In this document: piece by piece, positions 1 through 7,780 of the stretch
Position numbering within the stretch: position 1 is the first letter of the stretch
Layout: each line of letters begins with the position of its first letter
Assembly: GCA_035384565.1 (NCBI GenBank)
Contig: DAOOIT010000011.1
Coordinates: 51,282-115,281, forward strand
Length of the DNA: 64,000 nucleotides
Direction of reading: 5' to 3'
Source: Planctomycetota bacterium
GTDB lineage: Bacteria; Planctomycetota; PUPC01; DSUN01
Made by a program: the position numbers and the translations under genes
Notes under the pieces: model-generated
Databases searched by the model: none
What the model saw: the letters and a program-made list of their open reading frames with translations, nothing else
What the model was told of the DNA's origin: nothing

Positions 1-774
1 CTCAAGAACCCCAGCCTGCTGCTGCTGGACGAGGCGACCGCCAGCCTCGACGAGGCGTCCCAAGCGCGCGTCCTGGACATGATTCGAACGCGCCTCGGCC
101 GCAAGACCGTGATCTCAATCACCCACCGCCTCAGCGCCGCCCGCGAGAGCGATCGCATCGTGGTGATGGACCGCGGTCAGGTGGTGCAGCAGGGGAGCTA
201 CGACGAGCTGGCCCGTCAGGACGGCATGTTCCGCTGGCTGATGCAGCAGGAGCGAGGCGAGCGGACCGCGGATTCCCACCCGGTCGGCGCGGCAGCGGGC
301 GCCGCGGGCCTGCGCGAAGAGCTGCTCCGCAAGCTGGCCTTCTGCACGCTCTTCCACGGGCTCAAGAGCGCCCAGTTGGCCTCCCTTGCGCGCGAGATGC
401 AGATCGTCCAGTGCCCCAAGGATGCCGTGTTGTTCCGCCGCGGCGACCCGGGCCGCGACCTCTACGTGGTTCTCGACGGCCAGATCGAGTTCTTCGTCGA
501 GCGGGGCGCCGAGAAGGCGGCCGTGGTCGTGAACCGCACGGGCCCGGGCGGCGTGTTCGGCGAATTGGCGACGTTCGGCCAGGGGCGGCGCACCGTGGGC
601 GCCCGGGCGGCGGCCCAAGCCACGCTCGGCGTCCTGCGGCGCGACGCGCTCGTCAGGCTGCTCCACGCCGAGCCGGGCATCGCCCTCGAACTGCTCCGCA
701 TCGTGTCGAGCCACCTCGCGCGCACCGCCGACGCCGCGTACGGGGAGCCGGCATCCGCGCCTGGTGTGGCATAG
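1..774 (+). CDS. ABC transporter ATPase, C-terminal part (5' end outside window), fused to a C-terminal cyclic-nucleotide-binding (CAP_ED-type) domain
   Basis: Frame 1 is open from nt 1. LKNPSLLLLDEATASLD (Walker B/D-loop) and ISITHRLS (H-loop) are followed by FRRGDPGRDLYVVLDGQIEF...GVFGELATFGQGRRTVGARA, a cNMP-binding beta-roll/phosphate-binding-cassette pattern. Stop at 772-774. Confidence 0.85.
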   Translation, partial: LKNPSLLLLDEATASLDEASQARVLDMIRTRLGRKTVISITHRLSAARESDRIVVMDRGQVVQQGSYDELARQDGMFRWLMQQERGERTADSHPVGAAAGAAGLREELLRKLAFCTLFHGLKSAQLASLAREMQIVQCPKDAVLFRRGDPGRDLYVVLDGQIEFFVERGAEKAAVVVNRTGPGGVFGELATFGQGRRTVGARAAAQATLGVLRRDALVRLLHAEPGIALELLRIVSSHLARTADAAYGEPASAPGVA

Positions 775-807
775 GCAGACGCCATTGGCCCCAGGAGGGC
801 GAGACGA

Positions 808-1485
808 ATGGAAGCGCACAGCCGAGTCTTGCAGACGTACCTGGGCATCGCGCCGCGCACGAGCGAGGAGGCAGCGCTGCGGCTGCTGGTGGACCTCGGC
901 CGCCAATACGCCGACGCCGAAGAGGGCTCGCTGCTCGTGTTGGACCCCAGGACCAATGAGCTGGTCTTCGCCATGACGTCGGGCGACCGCCAGTCCGAGA
1001 AAACCCTCCTCGGCCAGCGGGTCCCCATGGGCCGCGGCCTGGTGGGGCTCGCGGTCGCCACGCGCGAGGTGCAAGCCGGGGCACCCACTTTCCGCGACCT
1101 CCGCCAGCGCAAACACCGGGGGGCCGCCGGGAGCCAGCCCACCGCCGTCCTGGCCGCGCCCATGCTCGTGCGCGAGGAGGTCATCGGCGTCCTCACCGCG
1201 GCAACCTTCCGCCCCGGCCGCCATTTCACACAGGCCCACGCGGCGTTCTACGGCAAGATCGCCGCGGTGGCGGGCCTCGTGGTGGACCAGCAGCAGCGCC
1301 TCGCCGCCGTCGAGCATCTCGACAAGGGCGGGCGGCTGCCCGCCGCCCGCACGCGCGAGCAGCGGCTGCAGGCCGAGATCGTCGCCCGCGTCGTTCGCCT
1401 CACCGCCGGGCGGCCCGAGCGCCTGGCCCGCGTGGCGGCGCTCCTGGCCGCCGTCGAGGCCCTCGGCCGGGGGCCGCAGCCATGA
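808..1485 (+). CDS. GAF domain protein (cassette 1)
   Basis: GGAGGG lies upstream of ATG 808. GAF-core pattern: GSLLVLDPRTNELVFAMTSG...GRGLVGLAVATREV...AVLAAPMLVREEVIGVLTAA. The stop overlaps the next start (ATGA at 1482-1485). Confidence 0.7.
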   Translation: MEAHSRVLQTYLGIAPRTSEEAALRLLVDLGRQYADAEEGSLLVLDPRTNELVFAMTSGDRQSEKTLLGQRVPMGRGLVGLAVATREVQAGAPTFRDLRQRKHRGAAGSQPTAVLAAPMLVREEVIGVLTAATFRPGRHFTQAHAAFYGKIAAVAGLVVDQQQRLAAVEHLDKGGRLPAARTREQRLQAEIVARVVRLTAGRPERLARVAALLAAVEALGRGPQP

Positions 1486-2273
1486 GCCGCATCCAGCGCG
1501 CCCTCCAAGACTCCTTCCGGCGACTTCGCCGTGCCCGCCTTCAGCCGGTTCAAGTCGCGGTCGTGGACAGCGGCGTTGACGCCACGCACCCCGCCCTGCG
1601 CGGGCGCGTGGCAGCGGCATGGCAGGTCATCCCGGGCGCGGACTCGCCCCGACTGGCCAGGGTCTCCCGCGCGCGGAACAACGACTCCTTCGGCCACGGC
1701 ACGGCGGTGGCGGGGATCATCGCGGCCATCGCGCCCAATGCCCGCCTGCTCGACATCCGCGTGCTGGACGAGCATTGCCAAGGGGGCGGGCAGGCGCTCC
1801 TGGCGGGCTTCGGGCAGGCCATGGCCGCGGGCGCCCGCCTCATCAACCTCAGCCTCGCCTGCGTCGCCGAATACGCCCCCCAGCTCCACGACCTGTGCGA
1901 GCGGGCCTATCGGCGAAACCAGATCGTCATCGCCGCCCGGCGCAACATGCCGCTCGCCGACAACGGCTTCCCCGCGGAATTCTCCTCATGCATCAGCGTG
2001 GACGTGATGGCCTCCCCGTCACCCTACGCCATCGCGTTCCTCGACCCGCCGCCCATCGAGTTCGCGGCGCGTGGCGAGAACGTCCGCGTTCTCGCCGCCG
2101 GCGGTGGCACCACGCATCAGACGGGCACGAGCTTCGCCACGCCGGCGGTCACAGGGCTGTGCGCCCTCCTCGTGGGCGCCTACCCCGACCTGAAGCTCTT
2201 TGAGCTCAAGACCTTGCTCAAGCATTTCGCTCGCCGCCCGGCCTGCGGCAGGGACAGGCATTCGGGTTCTTGA
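1482..2273 (+). CDS. Subtilisin-like serine peptidase (S8 family), short and intracellular-type (cassette 1)
   Basis: Catalytic motifs VAVVDSGVDATHPAL (Asp), HGTAVAGIIAA (His), AARRN (oxyanion Asn) and GTSFATPAVTG (Ser). Only 263 aa, with no signal peptide or prodomain. Confidence 0.85.
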   Translation: MSRIQRALQDSFRRLRRARLQPVQVAVVDSGVDATHPALRGRVAAAWQVIPGADSPRLARVSRARNNDSFGHGTAVAGIIAAIAPNARLLDIRVLDEHCQGGGQALLAGFGQAMAAGARLINLSLACVAEYAPQLHDLCERAYRRNQIVIAARRNMPLADNGFPAEFSSCISVDVMASPSPYAIAFLDPPPIEFAARGENVRVLAAGGGTTHQTGTSFATPAVTGLCALLVGAYPDLKLFELKTLLKHFARRPACGRDRHSGS

Positions 2274-2298
2274 CAGGGCGGATTGCGGCTGGTATACT
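2270..2298 (+). promoter_or_regulatory. Near-consensus sigma70-type promoter upstream of the precursor peptide gene
   Basis: TTGACA (2270-2275), a 17-nt spacer, then TATACT (2293-2298) preceded by TGg (extended -10). It stands out in GC-rich DNA and overlaps the TGA stop of the S8 gene. The implied 5' leader to ATG 2410 is about 105 nt. Confidence 0.5.
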
Positions 2299-2409
2299 TT
2301 GCGGAGCACGCGAGTGGCCGTCCACCCGGCAGGTCATCTGTGCAGAGGCGCTCCTCTTGGGCGGGGGGTGCCGTCCGGAGTCCTCAACCGAGACAGAGGA
2401 GGACGAACG

Positions 2410-2637
2410 ATGGGGAAGTTCGAGGATCCGCGGACGTTCCTGAAGAAGAAGCTGGGACCGGTCGGATTCAAGAAGTTCCAGGAGGGGATGCGCCTCGCCG
2501 CCGAGGGCAAAGGGGAGAAGAAGCCGAAGGCGGACGTCGAGGGACAGTCTGCTTCCTGCTATTCCTCCTGCGCGAGCTACTGCGACAGCAACAGCTTCCT
2601 GTCCTCCGGCGCCTACAGCAGGTTCAGCTTCGACTGA
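2410..2637 (+). CDS. Putative RiPP precursor peptide (75 aa)
   Basis: ATG 2410 is preceded by AGGAGGA. The N-half is Lys/Glu-rich and leader-like (MGKFEDPRTFLKKKLGPVGFKKFQEGMRLAAEGKGEKKPKADVEG). The tail is Cys/Ser/Tyr/Phe-rich (QSASCYSSCASYCDSNSFLSSGAYSRFSFD). The gene ends 9 nt before the rSAM gene. The longer track ORF (2200-2637) overlaps the S8 3' end and the promoter. Confidence 0.6.
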   Translation: MGKFEDPRTFLKKKLGPVGFKKFQEGMRLAAEGKGEKKPKADVEGQSASCYSSCASYCDSNSFLSSGAYSRFSFD

Positions 2638-2646
2638 TCGACGGCA

Positions 2647-4137
2647 ATGGACTTCGCGCCTGTGGCCGCTTCGCCTGATAACGTGGCGACGGGTGAGTCC
2701 GGCTCGAGCCGGCCGCTGTACAAAGTCTTCTCTACGGACTCCGGCCACTACCTTTACGATACGGCCACGAATCAGATCCTCACCGTGCCTGAGGACTTTG
2801 CGCGCCACCTCGCCGAGGGAGCCTTCTCGCAGGGCGAGCTCGACGAGATGGCCGCGGACCCCTGGGACGGCGTCCTCGTCCCCACCTCCGGCCTCCCTCT
2901 GACGCCGAGGCTGGACCGCGCCACCGTCGAGAGCGCGATCCAGGGCGAGTGCAAGCAGCTCATCCTGGAAGCGACCCGCGACTGCAATCTGCGCTGCAAG
3001 TACTGCCTCTACTCGGGCCGCCAGCCCGGCCGCCGCGGCACCTACGAGCAGCACATGGCCCCCGACACGGCGCGCAAGGCCGTGGACTATCTGGCGGCCC
3101 ACTCATCCCGCTGCCCCGAGGTCATTGTCGGCTTCTACGGCGGCGAGCCGCTCCTCAACCCCTCTCTCATGCGCGCCACCGCCGAATACGCCCGCCGAAC
3201 CATCACAGACAAGAAGCTCACCCTCACCCTCACCACGAACGGCACGCTGCTCAACCGCGAGACGATGGACTTTCTCGCCGCCAACGAGTTCTTCGTCTAC
3301 GTCAGCATGGACGGCCCGCGCGAGGCGAACGACCGGAACCGCGTCTTCGCCGGCTCGGGGGAAGGCACATCCGACCTCGTGGTGGCGCGGCTGCGCGAGT
3401 TCCAGCGGCTCTACCCCGACTACTGCCGCCGCTCCGTCGGCTTCTCGATGGTCATTGCGCCCGGGGCGGATCTCGCGCGCATGGCCGAATGGGCCGGCGA
3501 ATGGGACCTCGCCCTTGCCACCGTGACCCGCGCCTCGGACGACACGGGAGAACTCGAGGAAGCCTTTCGAGCGCAGCCCGTGACCGGCTACGAACAGCTC
3601 AAGGCCCAGTACATCGAGGCGGCTCGCACCGGCACGTTGCCGCAGCGGCGCGGGCGCATCGGCTTCGCCCTCCACACCGCCCTGTTCTCCATCGGGCTCT
3701 CCACCCTGCGCAAGCGGGCCGTGCCCACATCGCCTCACGACCGCGCTATCCGCCGAGGCATCTGCATCCCCAGCAAACAGCGGCTCTTCGTGGACTGCAA
3801 CGGCGACCTCTTCCCGTGCGAGAAGACGGACGGCTTCCGCCACCTCCACCTCGGCCACGTGGACACTGGGGTGGACGCCCGGAGGGCCTATGACATCATT
3901 GTCGGGTTCCACGAGTTCCTCGCCGAGGAGTGCGCCTCGTGCTGGCTCTGGCGGCTGTGTCCCGTCTGCTTCGTGGGGGCGACCGTGGGGAATGCCTACG
4001 CGCGCGACAAGGCGCGGCGGGTCTGCGAGATGCATCGCCGCGAGATGGCCGACACGCTGAAGACCTACTGCACCATCCTCGAGCACGATCCGGGCGCGCT
4101 CGATTGCTTCCTTGACTCGCAGGCGGATTTGGTGTAG
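2647..4137 (+). CDS. Radical SAM / SPASM-domain peptide maturase
   Basis: CX3CX2C motif at C113/C117/C120 (DCNLRCKYCLYSG), FYGGEPLLN, and a C-terminal SPASM-type Cys cluster (CIPSKQRLFVDCNGDLFPCEK ... CASCWLWRLCPVCF). Confidence 0.9.
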   Translation: MDFAPVAASPDNVATGESGSSRPLYKVFSTDSGHYLYDTATNQILTVPEDFARHLAEGAFSQGELDEMAADPWDGVLVPTSGLPLTPRLDRATVESAIQGECKQLILEATRDCNLRCKYCLYSGRQPGRRGTYEQHMAPDTARKAVDYLAAHSSRCPEVIVGFYGGEPLLNPSLMRATAEYARRTITDKKLTLTLTTNGTLLNRETMDFLAANEFFVYVSMDGPREANDRNRVFAGSGEGTSDLVVARLREFQRLYPDYCRRSVGFSMVIAPGADLARMAEWAGEWDLALATVTRASDDTGELEEAFRAQPVTGYEQLKAQYIEAARTGTLPQRRGRIGFALHTALFSIGLSTLRKRAVPTSPHDRAIRRGICIPSKQRLFVDCNGDLFPCEKTDGFRHLHLGHVDTGVDARRAYDIIVGFHEFLAEECASCWLWRLCPVCFVGATVGNAYARDKARRVCEMHRREMADTLKTYCTILEHDPGALDCFLDSQADLV

Positions 4138-4149
4138 AAACCCCGTGTC

Positions 4150-4704
4150 GTGCGTCGGTGGCTTCTCCCTGGACGCTATGGGGGTTTCCGAATGGCCTCG
4201 CCTCCTGAAGCCGGCGCCCGCCTCGGGGCTGCGCAACCGGCGCTTGACCGCGCCGCCTGCCAGCGCGGCCGGCTCGGCCGGCTGTTGCGCCGCCTCCTCG
4301 CGGAGGCCGTCGCGTCGTGCCGGGCCACCGAAGGTACCCTCTGGGTCCCCTCCCCCACTGGCGCGGCACTCGAGGGAGCGCTCAACCACGGCCAAACGCC
4401 CGACATTCTGGAGGCCGCCTCCGTGCCCGTGGCCGACAGCGTAATCGGCCTCGTCTTCTGCACGGGCGCCGCGGCCTGCATCGGCCCGGACGACCCTCAC
4501 AACCCGAGTGTGGACGAGCAAACCGGCCTCCCCACCCGCGCGATGGCCGCAGCCCCCGTTCGCATCGGGTCCGATACGGTGGCCGTGCTCTCGGTGATCA
4601 ACCCGGCGGGCGGCGGCGTCTTCTCGCGCGCCGACCTCGAGGCCCTCGAGTGGAAGGCGTATCTCGCGGCCCTGGTGATCGAGGACGCACACGATGAGCC
4701 CTGA
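4150..4704 (+). CDS. GAF domain protein (cassette 2)
   Basis: GAF-like core: EGTLWVPSPTGAALEGALNHGQ...ADSVIGLVFCTGAAACIG...MAAAPVRIGSDTVAVLSVIN. GTG 4150 is the first start; ATG 4192 (MASPPEAG) is an alternative. The 3' end overlaps the next gene by 11 nt. Confidence 0.6.
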   Translation: MRRWLLPGRYGGFRMASPPEAGARLGAAQPALDRAACQRGRLGRLLRRLLAEAVASCRATEGTLWVPSPTGAALEGALNHGQTPDILEAASVPVADSVIGLVFCTGAAACIGPDDPHNPSVDEQTGLPTRAMAAAPVRIGSDTVAVLSVINPAGGGVFSRADLEALEWKAYLAALVIEDAHDEP

Positions 4705-5464
4705 GCCCGTGGCCATAGACGCGGCCCGCCTCGCAGCCGCCACCGGCAGCGGCGTGCGGGTGCTGCTGGTAGACTCGGGCGTGGAGGTGAGCCACCCGGC
4801 GTTGCAGGGCGTGAGAATCCCCTGCTGGGGCGTGCGGCTGGCGGAGGGCGCGACGCCGTGCGTCGTCGAGGACAGCGGCGGCGACGCGGCCGGCCATGGC
4901 ACCGCCGTGGCCTGGCTGCTGCACCAGCACGCGCCCGAGGCCGAGCTTCACAGCCTGCGGGCCATCGGACCCAGCCTCCACGGCTCGTCGGCCCTCCTCC
5001 TCGCCGGCCTGCGGTGGGGCGTCCGGCAGGGCTACGACATCCTCGTCTGCAGCTTCGGCACAGCCTGCGAGGATTTTCTGCGCGACTACAAGCGGTTGGT
5101 GGACCAGGCCTTCTGCCGCAACGTGTGGCTTGTCGCCGCGTCGGGCAACGTGGACTTCTGCGCGGCGGAGTACCCCGCGCACTTCCCCACCGTGCTTTCG
5201 ACCGATTTCGCAGCGCTGCACGGTCTGGCCCTACAGCGGCGGCGGGGAACCCTCGTGGAGTTCGTGGCGAACGGGGAGGGCCTCCATGTGCCGTGGCGGG
5301 GAGGAGGCTACCGCACGGTATCGGGGTGCAGCTTCGCCGCGCCCCATCTCGCCGCCCTTGCGGCCAGGGTGCGCCAGGCCCATCCCGCCTGGAACGCCTG
5401 CCAGGCCAAAGCCGCCCTCTACGCGCTCGCGGAAGAGGCCCCTCGCGAGGCCCTGCGCACCTGA
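4694..5464 (+). CDS. Subtilisin-like serine peptidase (S8 family), short and intracellular-type (cassette 2)
   Basis: VLLVDSGVEVSHPAL (Asp), GHGTAVAWLL (His), VAASGN (oxyanion Asn) and SGCSFAAPHLAAL (Ser). 256 aa, no signal peptide or prodomain. Clear paralogue of 1482-2273. Confidence 0.8.
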   Translation: MSPEPVAIDAARLAAATGSGVRVLLVDSGVEVSHPALQGVRIPCWGVRLAEGATPCVVEDSGGDAAGHGTAVAWLLHQHAPEAELHSLRAIGPSLHGSSALLLAGLRWGVRQGYDILVCSFGTACEDFLRDYKRLVDQAFCRNVWLVAASGNVDFCAAEYPAHFPTVLSTDFAALHGLALQRRRGTLVEFVANGEGLHVPWRGGGYRTVSGCSFAAPHLAALAARVRQAHPAWNACQAKAALYALAEEAPREALRT

Positions 5465-5548
5465 GAGTGCCCAAGCGTGTCTCTGCGCACCCTGCGCGTG
5501 TCGGCCGCGTCGAGTGGGCGAGCGGATGGGCGGATGGCAATCACCCGC

Positions 5549-7780
5549 TCACCCATCCCTTTCGGTGGCGGCCCCCCGCCGCCTCAGCAAGTCCTTCAGC
5601 CACGCCGGGCAACCCGGGCCGCTGAGGAACTCCCGAGTATAGGCGTATCCGGCCTCCGCGATCTCGTCCATGGCCTCGAACTCGAGGATTCCATACCGTT
5701 CGACGGGCGGGCGCAGGCAGAGGTCGGCGTCGCGTTGGACCTCCTCGGCCTTGTGGTCGCTGCCGATGACCAGCGTGCGGATGAGGACGTCGAAGATGCC
5801 GGGGATGCGCCGGGCTCCCCTCTTCCGCCGCCGCAGGCGGTCCCAGAGCAGGCGCCAGGGCGAGGGGAACTCCTCGCCTTCGACGGCCATCTCCACGGGA
5901 GGGCTGACGCTGACCGCGATGACCCGTTCGCAACCGGCGCGGCGGAGCAGATCGCCGGGGAGGTTGTTCAACACCCCACCATCCACCAGGAGGTGGCCAT
6001 TCTGAATGGCCGGCGGAAAGACGCCGGGCAGGGATGCGCTGGCCCGCACGGCCTTCCAGACGCGGCCGCGCCGGTGGACCTCCAGGTCGGCCGTCGTCAG
6101 GTTGCACGAGACGCAGAGGAAGGGGAGCCAGAGGTCCTCGATGCGGGCCTCGCCGTACACCGTGGGCAGCAGGCGGTCGAGCCTCCGGCCGCGGAGGAGC
6201 GAGAGGATCGGCAGCGTGTACTCCTTGTGCGGCCTGCCCTGGATGAACACGTGGCGGCCCCGGGAGAGCTCGGTCGCGTAGTCCATCTCCATCGCGAGTG
6301 CCGCACCAACGACGGCTCCCATGCTGGCTCCCGCCACGCGGTCAATGGGCGCGCCGGCCTCGAGGAGGGCGCGGATGACGCCCAGGTGCGCCAGCCCGCG
6401 CGCCCCGCCGCCCCCGAGCACCAGGCCCACCGCCCGCCCGGCAAGGCACCGAGCCAGCCGGGCCGCGTCGTCCTCTCGACCCTCGCGGATATGGTAGTGC
6501 TCGGCCGGCGCCAGGGCTTCCAGCCAGGCGCCGATTCCCGAAGGAAGGCTAGCATCGTTCGGGTGCACGAGGACGAGGTTAAGCGGCTTGGCGGTTTCGG
6601 GTCTCGCGTTGGGGGTTCCGAGGCTCAGTCCGCAATCCGCAATCCGCAATCCACAATCCCCGAGAGCGGGGCCTGCGACCAAGATGACCTGATCGGCCTC
6701 CCGGATGCAGCGACGAGTCCAGGCTGAACCCGCCGCGTCGGCTTGGAGGATGAGGAACCTATGCCGGGTCTCCTGCTCGTCGAGCCAGGCGGTGAGCCAG
6801 CCGCCGCGCGGGGTGCCGGGTTCGACTTCGGCGGCGCCGCGCAGGCCGGTGAGGCGGTCCAGCGTGTCGCGCGACAGGTGGAGCGTGGACCCGAGGCGTG
6901 CGAGCGCCGCGGCGAGCCGGGCCGCCACCTCGTCCAGCGGCACGTCCGGGCCGGCAGGAACGAGTGCGAACGACATCGCCCTCTGGCGGGCCGGCTCGGA
7001 GCGCTCGCGGGCGCGGAGGCGTTGGGCCAGCACCCGCGCCAGCCCAGCGACGATCTCGGGGTGCCGGGCGCGGACCGCCTCGAATGCCTCGGGCGGGAGG
7101 CGGGCCAGCACGCTGTCGCGCAAGGCGCGCACCTCGCCCGTGCGCGGCTCGCCCGTGAGGAGCGCCATCTCGCCCACGCTCTCGCCGGGGGTGACCTCGG
7201 AATGAGGAGTGGAGAGCCCCTTCCGCCCCCCACACTGCGCACTACGCACTTGCAGGCGTCCGCTCAACAGAATGTAGAGGCTGCGGTCCGCCTCCCCTTC
7301 CCGCACAAGCACCTCGCCGCCGGCCAGCGACACCCAGTCCACGCGCCCCTCGATCTCCTCGAGTGCGGCGCGCCCGAGCGGCCCGAGCAAACGGGCCAAC
7401 GCCACGGCTAGCTGGCTGCGGCGAAGGCGTTCGCGGACCAGCTCCGCCAGGCGTTCCGCGATCGCGGGCGCGGTCTCGAGGAGGGCTTCGACCTCGGCGG
7501 CGCCCAGGCGCAGGAGCCGGCTGTTCTCCACGGCCGTGACGGATGCCGTGCGGGTGCCGGCGGTGAGCGCGCCCAGCTCTCCGACGATTTCTCCCGCCCG
7601 GAGGTCGCCGAGCGTCAGGCCCTCCTGAGTCACGCGGAGGCGCCCCTCCACGATGAGGAACAGGGCGTCGGCCGGGTCGCCCTGGCGGAAGAGCGGCTCC
7701 CCCGCGGCCAGCCGCGCTTCGGCGAGTCGGTTGCCGAATCGCTCTCGAAGCAGCGGCTCGGGGTCTTCGTGCCCGGTCAT
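5549..7780 (-). CDS. Protein with two cNMP-binding domains and a patatin-like phospholipase domain (NTE-like architecture)
   Basis: ATG 7780 overlaps the upstream stop (ATGA 7777-7780). Two CAP_ED domains: LFRQGDPADALFLIVEGRLRV...GEIVGELGALTAGTRTASV and LVREGEADRSLYILLSGRLQV...GESVGEMALLTGEPRTGEV. Patatin motifs: LVLGGGGARGLAHLGV, GASMGA (GXSXG) and LLVDGGVLNNLP (DGG). Confidence 0.9.
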   Translation of the reverse strand: MTGHEDPEPLLRERFGNRLAEARLAAGEPLFRQGDPADALFLIVEGRLRVTQEGLTLGDLRAGEIVGELGALTAGTRTASVTAVENSRLLRLGAAEVEALLETAPAIAERLAELVRERLRRSQLAVALARLLGPLGRAALEEIEGRVDWVSLAGGEVLVREGEADRSLYILLSGRLQVRSAQCGGRKGLSTPHSEVTPGESVGEMALLTGEPRTGEVRALRDSVLARLPPEAFEAVRARHPEIVAGLARVLAQRLRARERSEPARQRAMSFALVPAGPDVPLDEVAARLAAALARLGSTLHLSRDTLDRLTGLRGAAEVEPGTPRGGWLTAWLDEQETRHRFLILQADAAGSAWTRRCIREADQVILVAGPALGDCGLRIADCGLSLGTPNARPETAKPLNLVLVHPNDASLPSGIGAWLEALAPAEHYHIREGREDDAARLARCLAGRAVGLVLGGGGARGLAHLGVIRALLEAGAPIDRVAGASMGAVVGAALAMEMDYATELSRGRHVFIQGRPHKEYTLPILSLLRGRRLDRLLPTVYGEARIEDLWLPFLCVSCNLTTADLEVHRRGRVWKAVRASASLPGVFPPAIQNGHLLVDGGVLNNLPGDLLRRAGCERVIAVSVSPPVEMAVEGEEFPSPWRLLWDRLRRRKRGARRIPGIFDVLIRTLVIGSDHKAEEVQRDADLCLRPPVERYGILEFEAMDEIAEAGYAYTREFLSGPGCPAWLKDLLRRRGAATERDG
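6629..6659. repeat. Heptanucleotide tandem repeat inside the patatin-gene linker
   Basis: TCCGCAA x3 plus TCCACAA plus TCC on the + strand. In the gene it is translated as GDCGLRIADCGLS, between the cNMP and patatin domains. Confidence 0.8.

Noticed and set aside
2590-2637. Direct assignment of the precursor to the FxSxx-COOH (FxsA) or CXXX-repeat families
   Set aside because: The C-terminus is R-F-S-F-D (Phe at -4, not -5), and there are only three Cys at 4-residue spacing. The resemblance is noted, but family membership cannot be claimed without HMM searches.
115-4902. Minus-strand ORFs 115-1620, 462-1229, 2218-3102 and 3103-4902 opposite the RiPP-like cluster
   Set aside because: These are shadow ORFs. 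The + strand genes have catalytic motifs (S8 triad, CX3CX2C, SPASM), SD sequences and start/stop coupling.
5513-5560. Hairpin-like GGATGG-containing sequence between the convergent S8 and patatin genes, as a fourth member of the GGATGR family or a terminator
   Set aside because: It has only about 13 bp of pairing with two mismatches, limited similarity to the other copies, and overlaps the patatin stop codon. It is too weak to call as a feature and is mentioned only as a possibility.
7202-7252. Possible short copy of the GCGGAGTG-type palindromic element inside the second cNMP domain of the patatin gene
   Set aside because: Similarity is limited to short strings (GGAGTGGAGAG, CACTGCGCACTACGCACT), and this position is a naturally variable loop of CAP_ED domains. 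An insertion cannot be distinguished from chance similarity by eye.
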